Source: a virus
Taxonomy: Duplodnaviria > Caudoviricetes
Length of the DNA stretch: 59,240 nucleotides
Reading direction: 5' to 3' (one strand)
Virus record (IMG/VR): IMGVR_UViG_3300036791_000126
Location: 1 to 59,240 of that record
A model generated the notes under the pieces. That model made no database searches. It saw only the letters and a program-made list of their open reading frames with translations, and had not been told where the DNA came from. Of this stretch, positions 21,369 through 29,205 are shown piece by piece. The position numbers and the translations under genes are program-made. Position 1 is the first letter of the stretch. Every line of letters starts with the position of its first letter.

Positions 21369-22406
21369 ATGGCATTCAACATTCCTAATGCAGCGGATGC
21401 CGAAGATCCAAGTCAAGCGCAAGCTGACTCAAGAGACTTCGGAGACATTCTTGTCCCCGCATTCGCTGGAACAGGCGTAGTCACTGGTTGTGCTGTAACT
21501 GCACAGGCTACGCCTAACATGACTGTCGCTGTAGCCGCAGGAACCGTAGCTGTCGCAGGAACGCAGGTAGCGGTTACTGGTGGTAACGTCACTATCACAA
21601 CCGCTAATGCTACAAATCCCCGCTTTGATCTTATTTGTGTTGACAATACAGGGCTTAAATCTGCTGTTGCTGGTACTCCTGCTAGTAACCCTGTATTTCC
21701 TGCTGCGGCGGGGAAAGTAGTTCTCGCTGCTGTGCGGGTTCCCGCTGGGGCGGCGTCAATCAATGGCCCTAAGATTACCGATAAACGTGTTGCTCCTGTA
21801 GTTGTCCCACAAGCTATTCCTTCAGGAGCAATCACACAATTCGCGGGAACTGTAGCTCCGACAGGTTGGCTACTGTGCGATGGATCACCAGTTAGCAGAG
21901 CAACATACGCAACTCTATTTGCTCTAGTCGGAACGTCATTCGGAGCAGGAGATGGCTCAACGACATTCAACGTGCCAGACATGCGTGGACGTGTTCCTGT
22001 GGGTTTGGGTACTCACGCAGATGTTTCTACTATCGGTAACAACGATGGTGCTGCCCTAGCTACTCGCAGACCTAGACACGCTCACACAAATGGTATAACT
22101 GCTACTCACACTCTTACTCTACCAAACCACGGTCATGCCGTCGGTGATCCTGGACACGGACATTCCTACTATCACTGGAATGGTGGTAACCCCGGTGGTA
22201 TTGGAACAATTCGCGATGACCAGGCGACAGATGGTACGGATACGCGCAGCGTTGGTATTCTCAATGCTGCCACAGGAATCTCAGTTGGTAACCCGACTTC
22301 GTTGCCAGGTATTAGTGGTGCTGTAGCTATTGGTGGTACTATCGGACAAGCTGGTATGCTCGATTCTTCTGCGTATTTGGTGGTCAACTACCTAATCAAG
22401 ACTTAG
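21369..22406 (+). CDS. tail fibre with tail-collar domain
   Basis: PSGAITQFAG..APTGWLLCDG..VSRATYATLF..GTSFGAGDGSTTFNVPDMRGR; ends YLVVNYLIKT. Confidence 0.9.
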   Translation: MAFNIPNAADAEDPSQAQADSRDFGDILVPAFAGTGVVTGCAVTAQATPNMTVAVAAGTVAVAGTQVAVTGGNVTITTANATNPRFDLICVDNTGLKSAVAGTPASNPVFPAAAGKVVLAAVRVPAGAASINGPKITDKRVAPVVVPQAIPSGAITQFAGTVAPTGWLLCDGSPVSRATYATLFALVGTSFGAGDGSTTFNVPDMRGRVPVGLGTHADVSTIGNNDGAALATRRPRHAHTNGITATHTLTLPNHGHAVGDPGHGHSYYHWNGGNPGGIGTIRDDQATDGTDTRSVGILNAATGISVGNPTSLPGISGAVAIGGTIGQAGMLDSSAYLVVNYLIKT

Positions 22407-22424
22407 GGTAATTGCGTATTTAGG

Positions 22425-22475
22425 CATAAAGAAGCCCCCCACACTTATCCTGCCGCGTTAGATAGTGTGGGGGGC
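22425..22475 (-). terminator. terminator hairpin at the convergence of the two arms (ends leftward transcription)
   Basis: GCCCCCCACACT.ATC / GATAGTGTGGGGGGC stem; TTCTTTA follows on the - strand. Confidence 0.7.
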
Positions 22476-22479
22476 GTTA

Positions 22480-22551
22480 TGTTAGAAGGGGTGCGCTCGT
22501 GAGTGTAACTCTCTCCACACGCACAGGGCTGCGCCCCTTCTAACACTTTTT
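22480..22551 (+). terminator. terminator-like long hairpin ending the late operon
   Basis: TGTTAGAAGGGGTGC / GCGCCCCTTCTAACA stem followed by CTTTTT. Confidence 0.6.
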
Positions 22552-22570
22552 AGCGGCTGTTAATTTTTAC

Positions 22571-22942
22571 TTAATAGCCACAACCCGGTGGTTCGTAGTT
22601 CAACCACGGACCGAATCCTGCCACGCTATAGTATGCGTAGGCTGCTTTGGCTTGTGCCCAAATGTTGTTTCCATCTCCATACGTGGCTCTTTCCTGTGAT
22701 CCCATTTGAAAGATACCATGATGCTGTCCGTTGGTTGCCCAGGGAGTATTGTAAGATCCTCCCGTTTCACAATTCACGATCCTCATTGCTGTAGTACATA
22801 ATTTACCCTTGAAGTAATGGCACACCGCACGTTGCACTATCTGCTGTGCGCTTTGATCTGCTTGGGCTGCTTGTCCTACTGTGCCTCCCAGCACAGCAGA
22901 GGCTACAATAGTTGTGACAATAAGTTGCAGCTTACGCATCAT
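22571..22942 (-). CDS. secreted lytic transglycosylase (SLT/Rpf-like)
   Basis: Signal peptide; IVNCETGG...GIFQM...AQAKAAY..Y...GFGPW lysozyme-like motifs. Confidence 0.75.
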   Translation of the reverse strand: MMRKLQLIVTTIVASAVLGGTVGQAAQADQSAQQIVQRAVCHYFKGKLCTTAMRIVNCETGGSYNTPWATNGQHHGIFQMGSQERATYGDGNNIWAQAKAAYAYYSVAGFGPWLNYEPPGCGY

Positions 22943-23069
22943 GAGGGACGGCTCCTTGATTAGTTTACTAGATGCTGCCGAGTATATGCGGCAGTATTTC
23001 TAGTTGTTCAGCTTTATCACCCCTCTCGGTTACGTAGTGTAACAAGTATAACCCAGTATAACACTGTAT

Positions 23070-23116
23070 AAAAAGGTAATGGGGGCTTAGCAGGGTCAGC
23101 TGGCTAAGCCCCCATT
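23070..23116 (-). terminator. Rho-independent terminator
   Basis: AATGGGGGCTTAGC / GCTAAGCCCCCATT perfect 14-bp stem; ACCTTTTT follows on the - strand. Confidence 0.8.
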
Positions 23117-23125
23117 CTTGTGGAA

Positions 23126-23653
23126 CTAGTTGATTGTGGTCGTGGCTTCGAGGTATCCATCCTTACCAACAACCTGGATGGTAACCTGACCCGTGAAGTC
23201 CTGCGGATACGTCACAGACGACGTACCATCATTCGCAACCGTGCGAACCGTGATGGGATCTGTGTCGCTATCGCCAGCCTTGATATCAACTACAGCCGAC
23301 GAATCGAACGATGAATCCCAATTGATGCCCAGCGTCTTACGCTGGTAAAATGTCGGCGCACCAACAGGCTCTGTACTTCCGCCACCATCAGGAGGATTGG
23401 GAAGCACGATAGGGTGCGTCGGCTTCAAATCATCGCCCCAGCTAGGATCACCAGGAAGCACGATCGGATGTGACACCTCAGGAGCATTCGGATCCACCGG
23501 AGTACCTGGATCAGGGATCACGATGGGATGCTCGGGAGTCAAGCCGCTATCTGGTGGTGTGTCAGGCGGCAACACAATCGGATGCTCGGGATGCGGCATT
23601 TCTTCAGCCGACGTGGGCTGGACAATCCAGACCGGGCCTACTGTCCTTGTCAT
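23126..23653 (-). CDS. Pro-rich protein with four HPIV(L/I)P repeats
   Basis: GAGGAG RBS before ATG 23653; repeats PEHPIVLP, PEHPIVIP, VSHPIVLP, PTHPIVLP. Confidence 0.7.
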   Translation of the reverse strand: MTRTVGPVWIVQPTSAEEMPHPEHPIVLPPDTPPDSGLTPEHPIVIPDPGTPVDPNAPEVSHPIVLPGDPSWGDDLKPTHPIVLPNPPDGGGSTEPVGAPTFYQRKTLGINWDSSFDSSAVVDIKAGDSDTDPITVRTVANDGTSSVTYPQDFTGQVTIQVVGKDGYLEATTTIN

Positions 23654-23702
23654 CTTATTCTCCTCTTCGCTTGGGTTGGTACATTTTGTGACCCCGGTAA
23701 AT

Positions 23703-23891
23703 TTATTTGTGATTGCCGTTGTTACCATTCTCAGGCAATGACACAACCATAACCGCGATTCCACCGATTATGGCACCTGCGGCCAGCAAATCAATATCAA
23801 GACTATGACTGGTTACCCAAACAATAATCGCAACCACGAGTAACAATACTGCGAGGATCACGAGAATTGCCTGCCGTTTGGCTCGCCTCAC
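23703..23891 (-). CDS. holin-like 2-TM protein
   Basis: 62 aa, two TM helices, basic N-terminus, adjacent to the endolysin. Confidence 0.6.
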   Translation of the reverse strand: MRRAKRQAILVILAVLLLVVAIIVWVTSHSLDIDLLAAGAIIGGIAVMVVSLPENGNNGNHK

Positions 23892-23907
23892 AATTCATTC
23901 CTTGATT

Positions 23908-24771
23908 TTACAATGGACGCTCAGCATCCAACTGCGCTCCAATCAACGGTGCTCCGTGCGTGTAGTTCGTGTGATGAGTCATCTGTTGGTCTGCGCCCCA
24001 AAGACGTTCAACGTTGATTCCAGTGTGAACATGCGGAGCCTCGGGATGCGGAGCGACTGTACCAACGACATCTCCTTTGGTGAAGCGTCGTCCGACTGAT
24101 GGTGGTGAAGTCAAATGTCCAAACCACCAACGTAATCCAGAATCTCCATCAGCATAGAAGGCAGTACCATGTGATGCACCACCAGTACGAGTTACAGTCA
24201 ATGACTCAGGTGCAAGAATACCTCGACCCGAATACCAGACAGAATCGAATGCTGGATAGAGTGGGATACCACTAGTTGCGTGTGTAAGATCATACTCACG
24301 CACACTTGGGCCACCTTGTTCAATTGGGCCAAGATTGATCTTCGACATTTCTTTGCCATTGAACATTTTGTATGCTTCATTAATCAGTTCAACCGCGCGA
24401 ACGTCCATCGCCATCTCGCCAGCGTGAGGTAGCCCCTCGGGAATTTTAATCGAACGTAACGTGTTGAAGGTATTTTGGCCGACGTAGCCAGTATCAGGTT
24501 TTATGTTCTGCTGGCGTTGGATTCCTGCAACACCTGAATCGATCACGTTCGACCCTTTACCATGACTAAATCCGTTCGAGAACTTCTCATCGAATACTTG
24601 CCATTGCCAGCGGCCAGCACGGCTTACGGTACGCTTGTAAGCCTCGACATCAGGGCCATCGACACTAGGCGTATGATCTGGTGCAGCATCAAGCGGATAC
24701 AATGGACGTGGAAAACCATCCACCTTAACCATTGGCCCGCCGGGATACGGTTTCTCGTACCACTCAGGCAT
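23908..24771 (-). CDS. endolysin (M23-like peptidase with N-terminal PG-binding-like region)
   Basis: WWFGHL...KGDVVGTV...PHVHTG (M23 HxH); GIQRQQNIKPDTGYVGQNTFNTL resembles a PG_binding_1 repeat. Confidence 0.7.
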   Translation of the reverse strand: MPEWYEKPYPGGPMVKVDGFPRPLYPLDAAPDHTPSVDGPDVEAYKRTVSRAGRWQWQVFDEKFSNGFSHGKGSNVIDSGVAGIQRQQNIKPDTGYVGQNTFNTLRSIKIPEGLPHAGEMAMDVRAVELINEAYKMFNGKEMSKINLGPIEQGGPSVREYDLTHATSGIPLYPAFDSVWYSGRGILAPESLTVTRTGGASHGTAFYADGDSGLRWWFGHLTSPPSVGRRFTKGDVVGTVAPHPEAPHVHTGINVERLWGADQQMTHHTNYTHGAPLIGAQLDAERPL

Positions 24772-24997
24772 TATCCACCGTCTCCTTTTTAGGAAGCCAC
24801 ATTCTCATTCGCATGTTATGTTCATATTCAAAAATTGGACTTTCTGGATGGGGTCTGTCAAACTGTCGAGGACTGGAAATAAATAAATCCTCATCAGAAA
24901 TAGATTCTGGGGGCTTGTTCGGCGTACCAGGCCAAAGGATATAAATATCTCCTAACTTACACTGAACCGCCTCAACACTATCAGCATCAGCCATCAT
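24764..24997 (-). CDS. hypothetical protein
   Basis: ATGA overlap with the resolvase stop. Confidence 0.5.
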   Translation of the reverse strand: MMADADSVEAVQCKLGDIYILWPGTPNKPPESISDEDLFISSPRQFDRPHPESPIFEYEHNMRMRMWLPKKETVDNA

Positions 24998-25458
24998 GTA
25001 TTCCATTTGTCTAGTAGAACTGCGAAGTCGTCGTCCTTTGCGATGAATCGATTGCCTGCTCCGAACGTTAGCCATTGCAACAGATGTCGGAGAGCATCCA
25101 TGCCGTGAGGCACTCCACGTTTGTAGAGTTTCTTGGCTTTCAACGTGGGGTCGGTGTAGTAGCTCTTACCGTAGGATGGTTTTTGCAGGTATACTGCAAC
25201 CTGATCCAAACTCATTATCTCGTACAGACGTGCTACTCCTATGAGTTGCACAGGAAATAGATTCAGACCAGTTGAGGCTCGACTCCTAAACTCGAAATCT
25301 TCCATGACTATGTATCGTGGTTTGAAATCAACGAGCCTGCGATACAAGTCGTCTACGTCATCCGTCATCTGAAACGGAAAGCATTGAGCTTTACCATCTT
25401 CAACATCAGCGTAGACGTATCCAGTCATCACACCTGGATCGATGGCAATTACTCTCAT
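24994..25458 (-). CDS. RuvC-like Holliday junction resolvase
   Basis: VIAIDPG.MTG, IVMEDF, HGMDALRH catalytic motifs. Confidence 0.85.
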   Translation of the reverse strand: MRVIAIDPGVMTGYVYADVEDGKAQCFPFQMTDDVDDLYRRLVDFKPRYIVMEDFEFRSRASTGLNLFPVQLIGVARLYEIMSLDQVAVYLQKPSYGKSYYTDPTLKAKKLYKRGVPHGMDALRHLLQWLTFGAGNRFIAKDDDFAVLLDKWNT

Positions 25459-25748
25459 TTAACTGGTGGCTTGGGCGGCGCAACAGTTGGAACATCAGTT
25501 TCTTTTGGTGGGATCGGCCAAGGTGCTGTCTCTGTAACTGCGCTATACGATGCCGTGCCCTGTGCCTGCCCCTGTGCGGGTTTTTCAACCAGGGGCGCGT
25601 TTTCGATGGGAATGTTGTATTCGTAGCGAATGCGAGTTAGCTCGCGGTAGATGTATCTGGAGCTAAGCCACAAACCCCAGCAGATCACGACGGTCACACA
25701 GATGATCGCTGTCATTACAACGATGCCTGTATTGGTCATCGCAATCAT
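25455..25748 (-). CDS. membrane-anchored hypothetical protein
   Basis: N-terminal TM helix, Pro-rich tail; ATGA overlaps on both sides. Confidence 0.6.
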   Translation of the reverse strand: MIAMTNTGIVVMTAIICVTVVICWGLWLSSRYIYRELTRIRYEYNIPIENAPLVEKPAQGQAQGTASYSAVTETAPWPIPPKETDVPTVAPPKPPVK

Positions 25749-28276
25749 GCCGCTGCTGCCTCAAGTAGATCAATCTCATGTAGCGATCCCCAATTCGGGC
25801 CGGTACTGACATCTGCTTTATAAGGAAAGTCCCACCCTATAGCTCGTTGCGGTGCCATTTCGAGGAACTCTTTCAGTTTATTCCCAAAGAACATTGCTTC
25901 GCTTTCCTCGACGTTTATAAGGATTGAGTCGTGTACTGTAATTCGTGGCTGACAGATGTCCCAAAAATCATTGACGACCAACCATTCTGTGAAGTCACAC
26001 AAAGCCCAGAGGGTAATGTTGGCTGCGATGTTCTGAGGCAGGAAGTTGATTCCCTGTTTGACTGTGTGAATACGTCCAGACTCATCAGCAGGAATGACAT
26101 AGAACCTTCGTTTGTGTCCGAACGGAGATTGAATCTCTCCGACCTCCATCACCTGTTTTTCCATCGCTTTCGTCCATTCCCACACTTTGGGAAAACGTTC
26201 CCACCAAAAGTCAATGTACCGCTGAGCTTCATCCTGTGGCATGTTATACATCTGCGCGAATGAGAACGCGCTCTGCCAGTATGCCACACCGAAGTTGATA
26301 TTCTTCGCTCTCACGTACTGCTCGTAGGTAAAGCCATCTCCGTAGAATTCAGCGGCCACTTCTTTGTGAAGCGAGCGCGAAGTGTCCCTATAGATAGATT
26401 GGAGGTTTTCATCGCCGGAAAGAACGGCAATTGTGCGTAGCTCTGCTTGCGATAAGTCGGCCGACACAAAGACGCATCCAGGATCAGGAACAAATGTAGC
26501 TCGTATGTTAGGGAGTCCTTCTTTAGTCCTGGTGATATTCTGCAAGTTAGGATTGGATGATGATACGCGTCCAGATTCCGTCCCGTGTATTTTAAAGTCA
26601 GTGTAAATTCTGCCATTTGGTTGTCTCCTGAGAACCAACCCTTCTAGGTAAGTTCCTCTCTGCTTATCCAGTTCCTTGAAATCATCGAGAATCTGGACGA
26701 ACTGATTGATTCCCTCTCGATAAGTTTCATCGGTACATGAGTACAAACCGAGCAGAATCTTTTCTCTGACCCATTGATCCGTCGAACGCTTACCAAGCCG
26801 CTCAATCTTCGGACGCATCAGATCATGCGTAACTCCCCAATCATCGTAAAGCAGTTTCTCTAGTTGCTTCGGTGAGTTTGGATTAAGATTGCGTTTGCTG
26901 ATTTGTTGCAACGTTTGGGTTTGTCTACGCAGTTTGGGCCACACTTCTCGTTCGAGAAGATCACAGGCTCTATCCACGTCATGCAGATTACCCTCTAATT
27001 CTATTCGTGTGAACGTCTCCGAAAGACGGATAAGCAGCGAACGATAAGGCTTTTCCCAAACGTTATCGTTTTGGGCACGATGCTTGAGAACCTCAAAAAG
27101 GGCCAAAGAGCCAGCAGTATCAAACCCGTTATACTGGTATAGCTCACGGCGCGCTCGATTCTGTGCAGCGATATCATCGTCTGCACCGTAGTAATCGAAC
27201 CTTCCCGTTCTCTTGAAATGCTTGACAGACGGTGGTTCGTACTTAGGCCAGCCAAGTTCATCCTTTAACAGCCATTCAAGTGAATGCCCACCTGCGCCGC
27301 TTTCAGGATCGCCCGGTCTTTCATCGAGACACCACGAAAGCAACATAGTATCTTCATCCACATGAGCATTGATTCCGTGGGTACGCAACACTTTCACGTC
27401 GTACTTGCCATTGTGCCACAAATACCTGACCCCACGCAATTCCCACAACTCACGCAAATGCTCGATTAAGAACGTCTTATCACTAACCACGGTTTCACCG
27501 AAAACTACCGCGCGTTCGCCCCTTATTGAAAAACCAGCACAGGCCAAAGTTGAACGATGGCTCAGTCCTGTGCTGCCTTTGTAATCACCAGGGCCGCGCG
27601 CCTCAATATCGCTACTCAGAATAACATCGTTGCCACCTGATGCAGCTGCAGCAATCATTTGCTTCATTTGTTCGATTGCTTCCTTGGCTTCGTCAAGATT
27701 ATCGATAGCTCTAACAATAGGCATAACAGGCTCAGGAAGAGGATCGAGAGCCAGTCTAAAGTCCCGAACCAACTCAGGATAATTAGCATCATCACGTAGC
27801 ACCACAGCCGGATTGCTCGTAACGATGATTCGCTGGATTTTATCAGTCGCAGGGTTAACCTCCTTATGAACGTAGCCGCGATTGGAAGCGATATTAGTCG
27901 CTCCAATGATTCCCCACGCGGCCTCACGACCACAGGCGATAACGGTTTCCACCGACTCAAGCTCGTTCATTAGACGTGGCTCACAGCAGGATTGTGCGGT
28001 GGCAAATCCAGCCTCGGTTCCATCCGATTGGCAGAGAACCACGTTCGTAGCGATCACGTCGTCTCGCGACGTACCATGCACTTGAAGCAAATGATCGAGT
28101 ACCTTGCCACTCGGCCCGCTAAACGACTTACCAGCGAGAGCCTCGTAATGTCCTGGACTACGAGACACCACGGCTACCCTAGCATCGGTGGGGCCAGTAG
28201 TGAGAGCCACGGATCTATTCACAAACGGACATTTGTGGCAAAGCGCAAAGGGTGCTTTAGGTTCCATTTCAGTCAT
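25745..28276 (-). CDS. polA: family A DNA polymerase with N-terminal uracil-DNA-glycosylase-like domain and 3'-5' exonuclease
   Basis: CxxCP/SPG/F.GPSG/TNVVLC (family-4 UDG-like); DIE, HNGKYD, YNGFD (exo); SGRVSSSNPNLQNI, ADLSQAELR, AKNINFG, TVHDS (PolA motifs). Confidence 0.95.
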   Translation of the reverse strand: MTEMEPKAPFALCHKCPFVNRSVALTTGPTDARVAVVSRSPGHYEALAGKSFSGPSGKVLDHLLQVHGTSRDDVIATNVVLCQSDGTEAGFATAQSCCEPRLMNELESVETVIACGREAAWGIIGATNIASNRGYVHKEVNPATDKIQRIIVTSNPAVVLRDDANYPELVRDFRLALDPLPEPVMPIVRAIDNLDEAKEAIEQMKQMIAAAASGGNDVILSSDIEARGPGDYKGSTGLSHRSTLACAGFSIRGERAVVFGETVVSDKTFLIEHLRELWELRGVRYLWHNGKYDVKVLRTHGINAHVDEDTMLLSWCLDERPGDPESGAGGHSLEWLLKDELGWPKYEPPSVKHFKRTGRFDYYGADDDIAAQNRARRELYQYNGFDTAGSLALFEVLKHRAQNDNVWEKPYRSLLIRLSETFTRIELEGNLHDVDRACDLLEREVWPKLRRQTQTLQQISKRNLNPNSPKQLEKLLYDDWGVTHDLMRPKIERLGKRSTDQWVREKILLGLYSCTDETYREGINQFVQILDDFKELDKQRGTYLEGLVLRRQPNGRIYTDFKIHGTESGRVSSSNPNLQNITRTKEGLPNIRATFVPDPGCVFVSADLSQAELRTIAVLSGDENLQSIYRDTSRSLHKEVAAEFYGDGFTYEQYVRAKNINFGVAYWQSAFSFAQMYNMPQDEAQRYIDFWWERFPKVWEWTKAMEKQVMEVGEIQSPFGHKRRFYVIPADESGRIHTVKQGINFLPQNIAANITLWALCDFTEWLVVNDFWDICQPRITVHDSILINVEESEAMFFGNKLKEFLEMAPQRAIGWDFPYKADVSTGPNWGSLHEIDLLEAAAA

Positions 28277-28289
28277 TACTTGCTCCCGT

Positions 28290-28604
28290 TTAGTAACCTA
28301 GCAAACGTAGTTGTTGTTCTTCGAGTTGGACTTGTGCCATGCGTGCTTTCTTCAACCGTTCGTGGGTTCGCTTGATACTACGATCTTCTTTGCGCCGGTG
28401 TTCAAGCGCAATCAAAATTTTAGTTGCAGTTCCCAATTGAACAGAACAATGAACTCCACTCAAAATGCGGCGAAGCGTCATATGACCGACGAACGCATAT
28501 TCAGCCGCAGCTTCAAACGAGCCACACCTATCAACCAGTTCCCTGGTATGCGGCTTGATCTTGATGCAATCGACTAGCGATTTATGATACTTCTCGTAAG
28601 CCAT
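28290..28604 (-). CDS. hypothetical protein, possible HTH DNA-binding
   Basis: GSFEAAAEYAFVGHMTLRRILSG resembles an XRE-type HTH. Confidence 0.5.
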   Translation of the reverse strand: MAYEKYHKSLVDCIKIKPHTRELVDRCGSFEAAAEYAFVGHMTLRRILSGVHCSVQLGTATKILIALEHRRKEDRSIKRTHERLKKARMAQVQLEEQQLRLLGY

Positions 28605-28607
28605 TGT

Positions 28608-29192
28608 TCAGCGCAAGTTCATCGCTTGTCCGATAAAGACGAGGACTGTCTCGATGTTATCGTAAAGTTCTTCAAGATCCCCGTCGTTGTAAATCTTGAA
28701 ATCAAATTCAAAGTCCTGTTGTTCAGAGACATGATTATCCTCGCTCGAACTTGATCTGTCGCGCACGACTCTGATATTGAATCCACCTAGCTCGTTTACG
28801 CGAGCCGCTTCATTTGCAAATCTTACGTCAGTTACGACAATCGCGCGCCCCGGATAGTAACCCTGCACAGGCAAGGTCTGATCTACCCAAAAGTCTTTAC
28901 CGAAAATCTCGCGATGCGACTCGGTACCATAACGTTGAAGAAATTCACGGAATGACAAAACCTTTGTCCATGCTTCATAACTCTCCTGCGTGAAATTATA
29001 TCCCAAAGCTACTTCACACGTGTCATCGTTTTTGAACTTATCAATTTCAGAGAATGGAATATCGAACAAAGCTGCGATGGATTTTTTCATGGGATCGGCA
29101 AACGCCTTGCGCTCAAACCCGTGAGTTTTCACGAGATAAGCAGCAACAGTGTCTTTGCCTGATCCCTTCAAACCTGATAGACCCAATATCAT
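28608..29192 (-). CDS. deoxynucleoside monophosphate kinase
   Basis: MILGLSGLKGSGKDTVA, AFADPMK, REFLQRYGTE, VTDVRFANE, HVSE; GAAAGG RBS at the 29192 start. Confidence 0.9.
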   Translation of the reverse strand: MILGLSGLKGSGKDTVAAYLVKTHGFERKAFADPMKKSIAALFDIPFSEIDKFKNDDTCEVALGYNFTQESYEAWTKVLSFREFLQRYGTESHREIFGKDFWVDQTLPVQGYYPGRAIVVTDVRFANEAARVNELGGFNIRVVRDRSSSSEDNHVSEQQDFEFDFKIYNDGDLEELYDNIETVLVFIGQAMNLR

Positions 29193-29205
29193 TGGTTGCC
29201 TTTCG

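Noticed and set aside
15011-22406. Diversity-generating retroelement or invertible fibre cassette
   Set aside because: No reverse transcriptase or invertase, and no template/variable repeat pair seen.
22943-23030. ydaO/c-di-AMP riboswitch before the Rpf-like gene
   Set aside because: Too short, and lacks the recognisable conserved ydaO segments.
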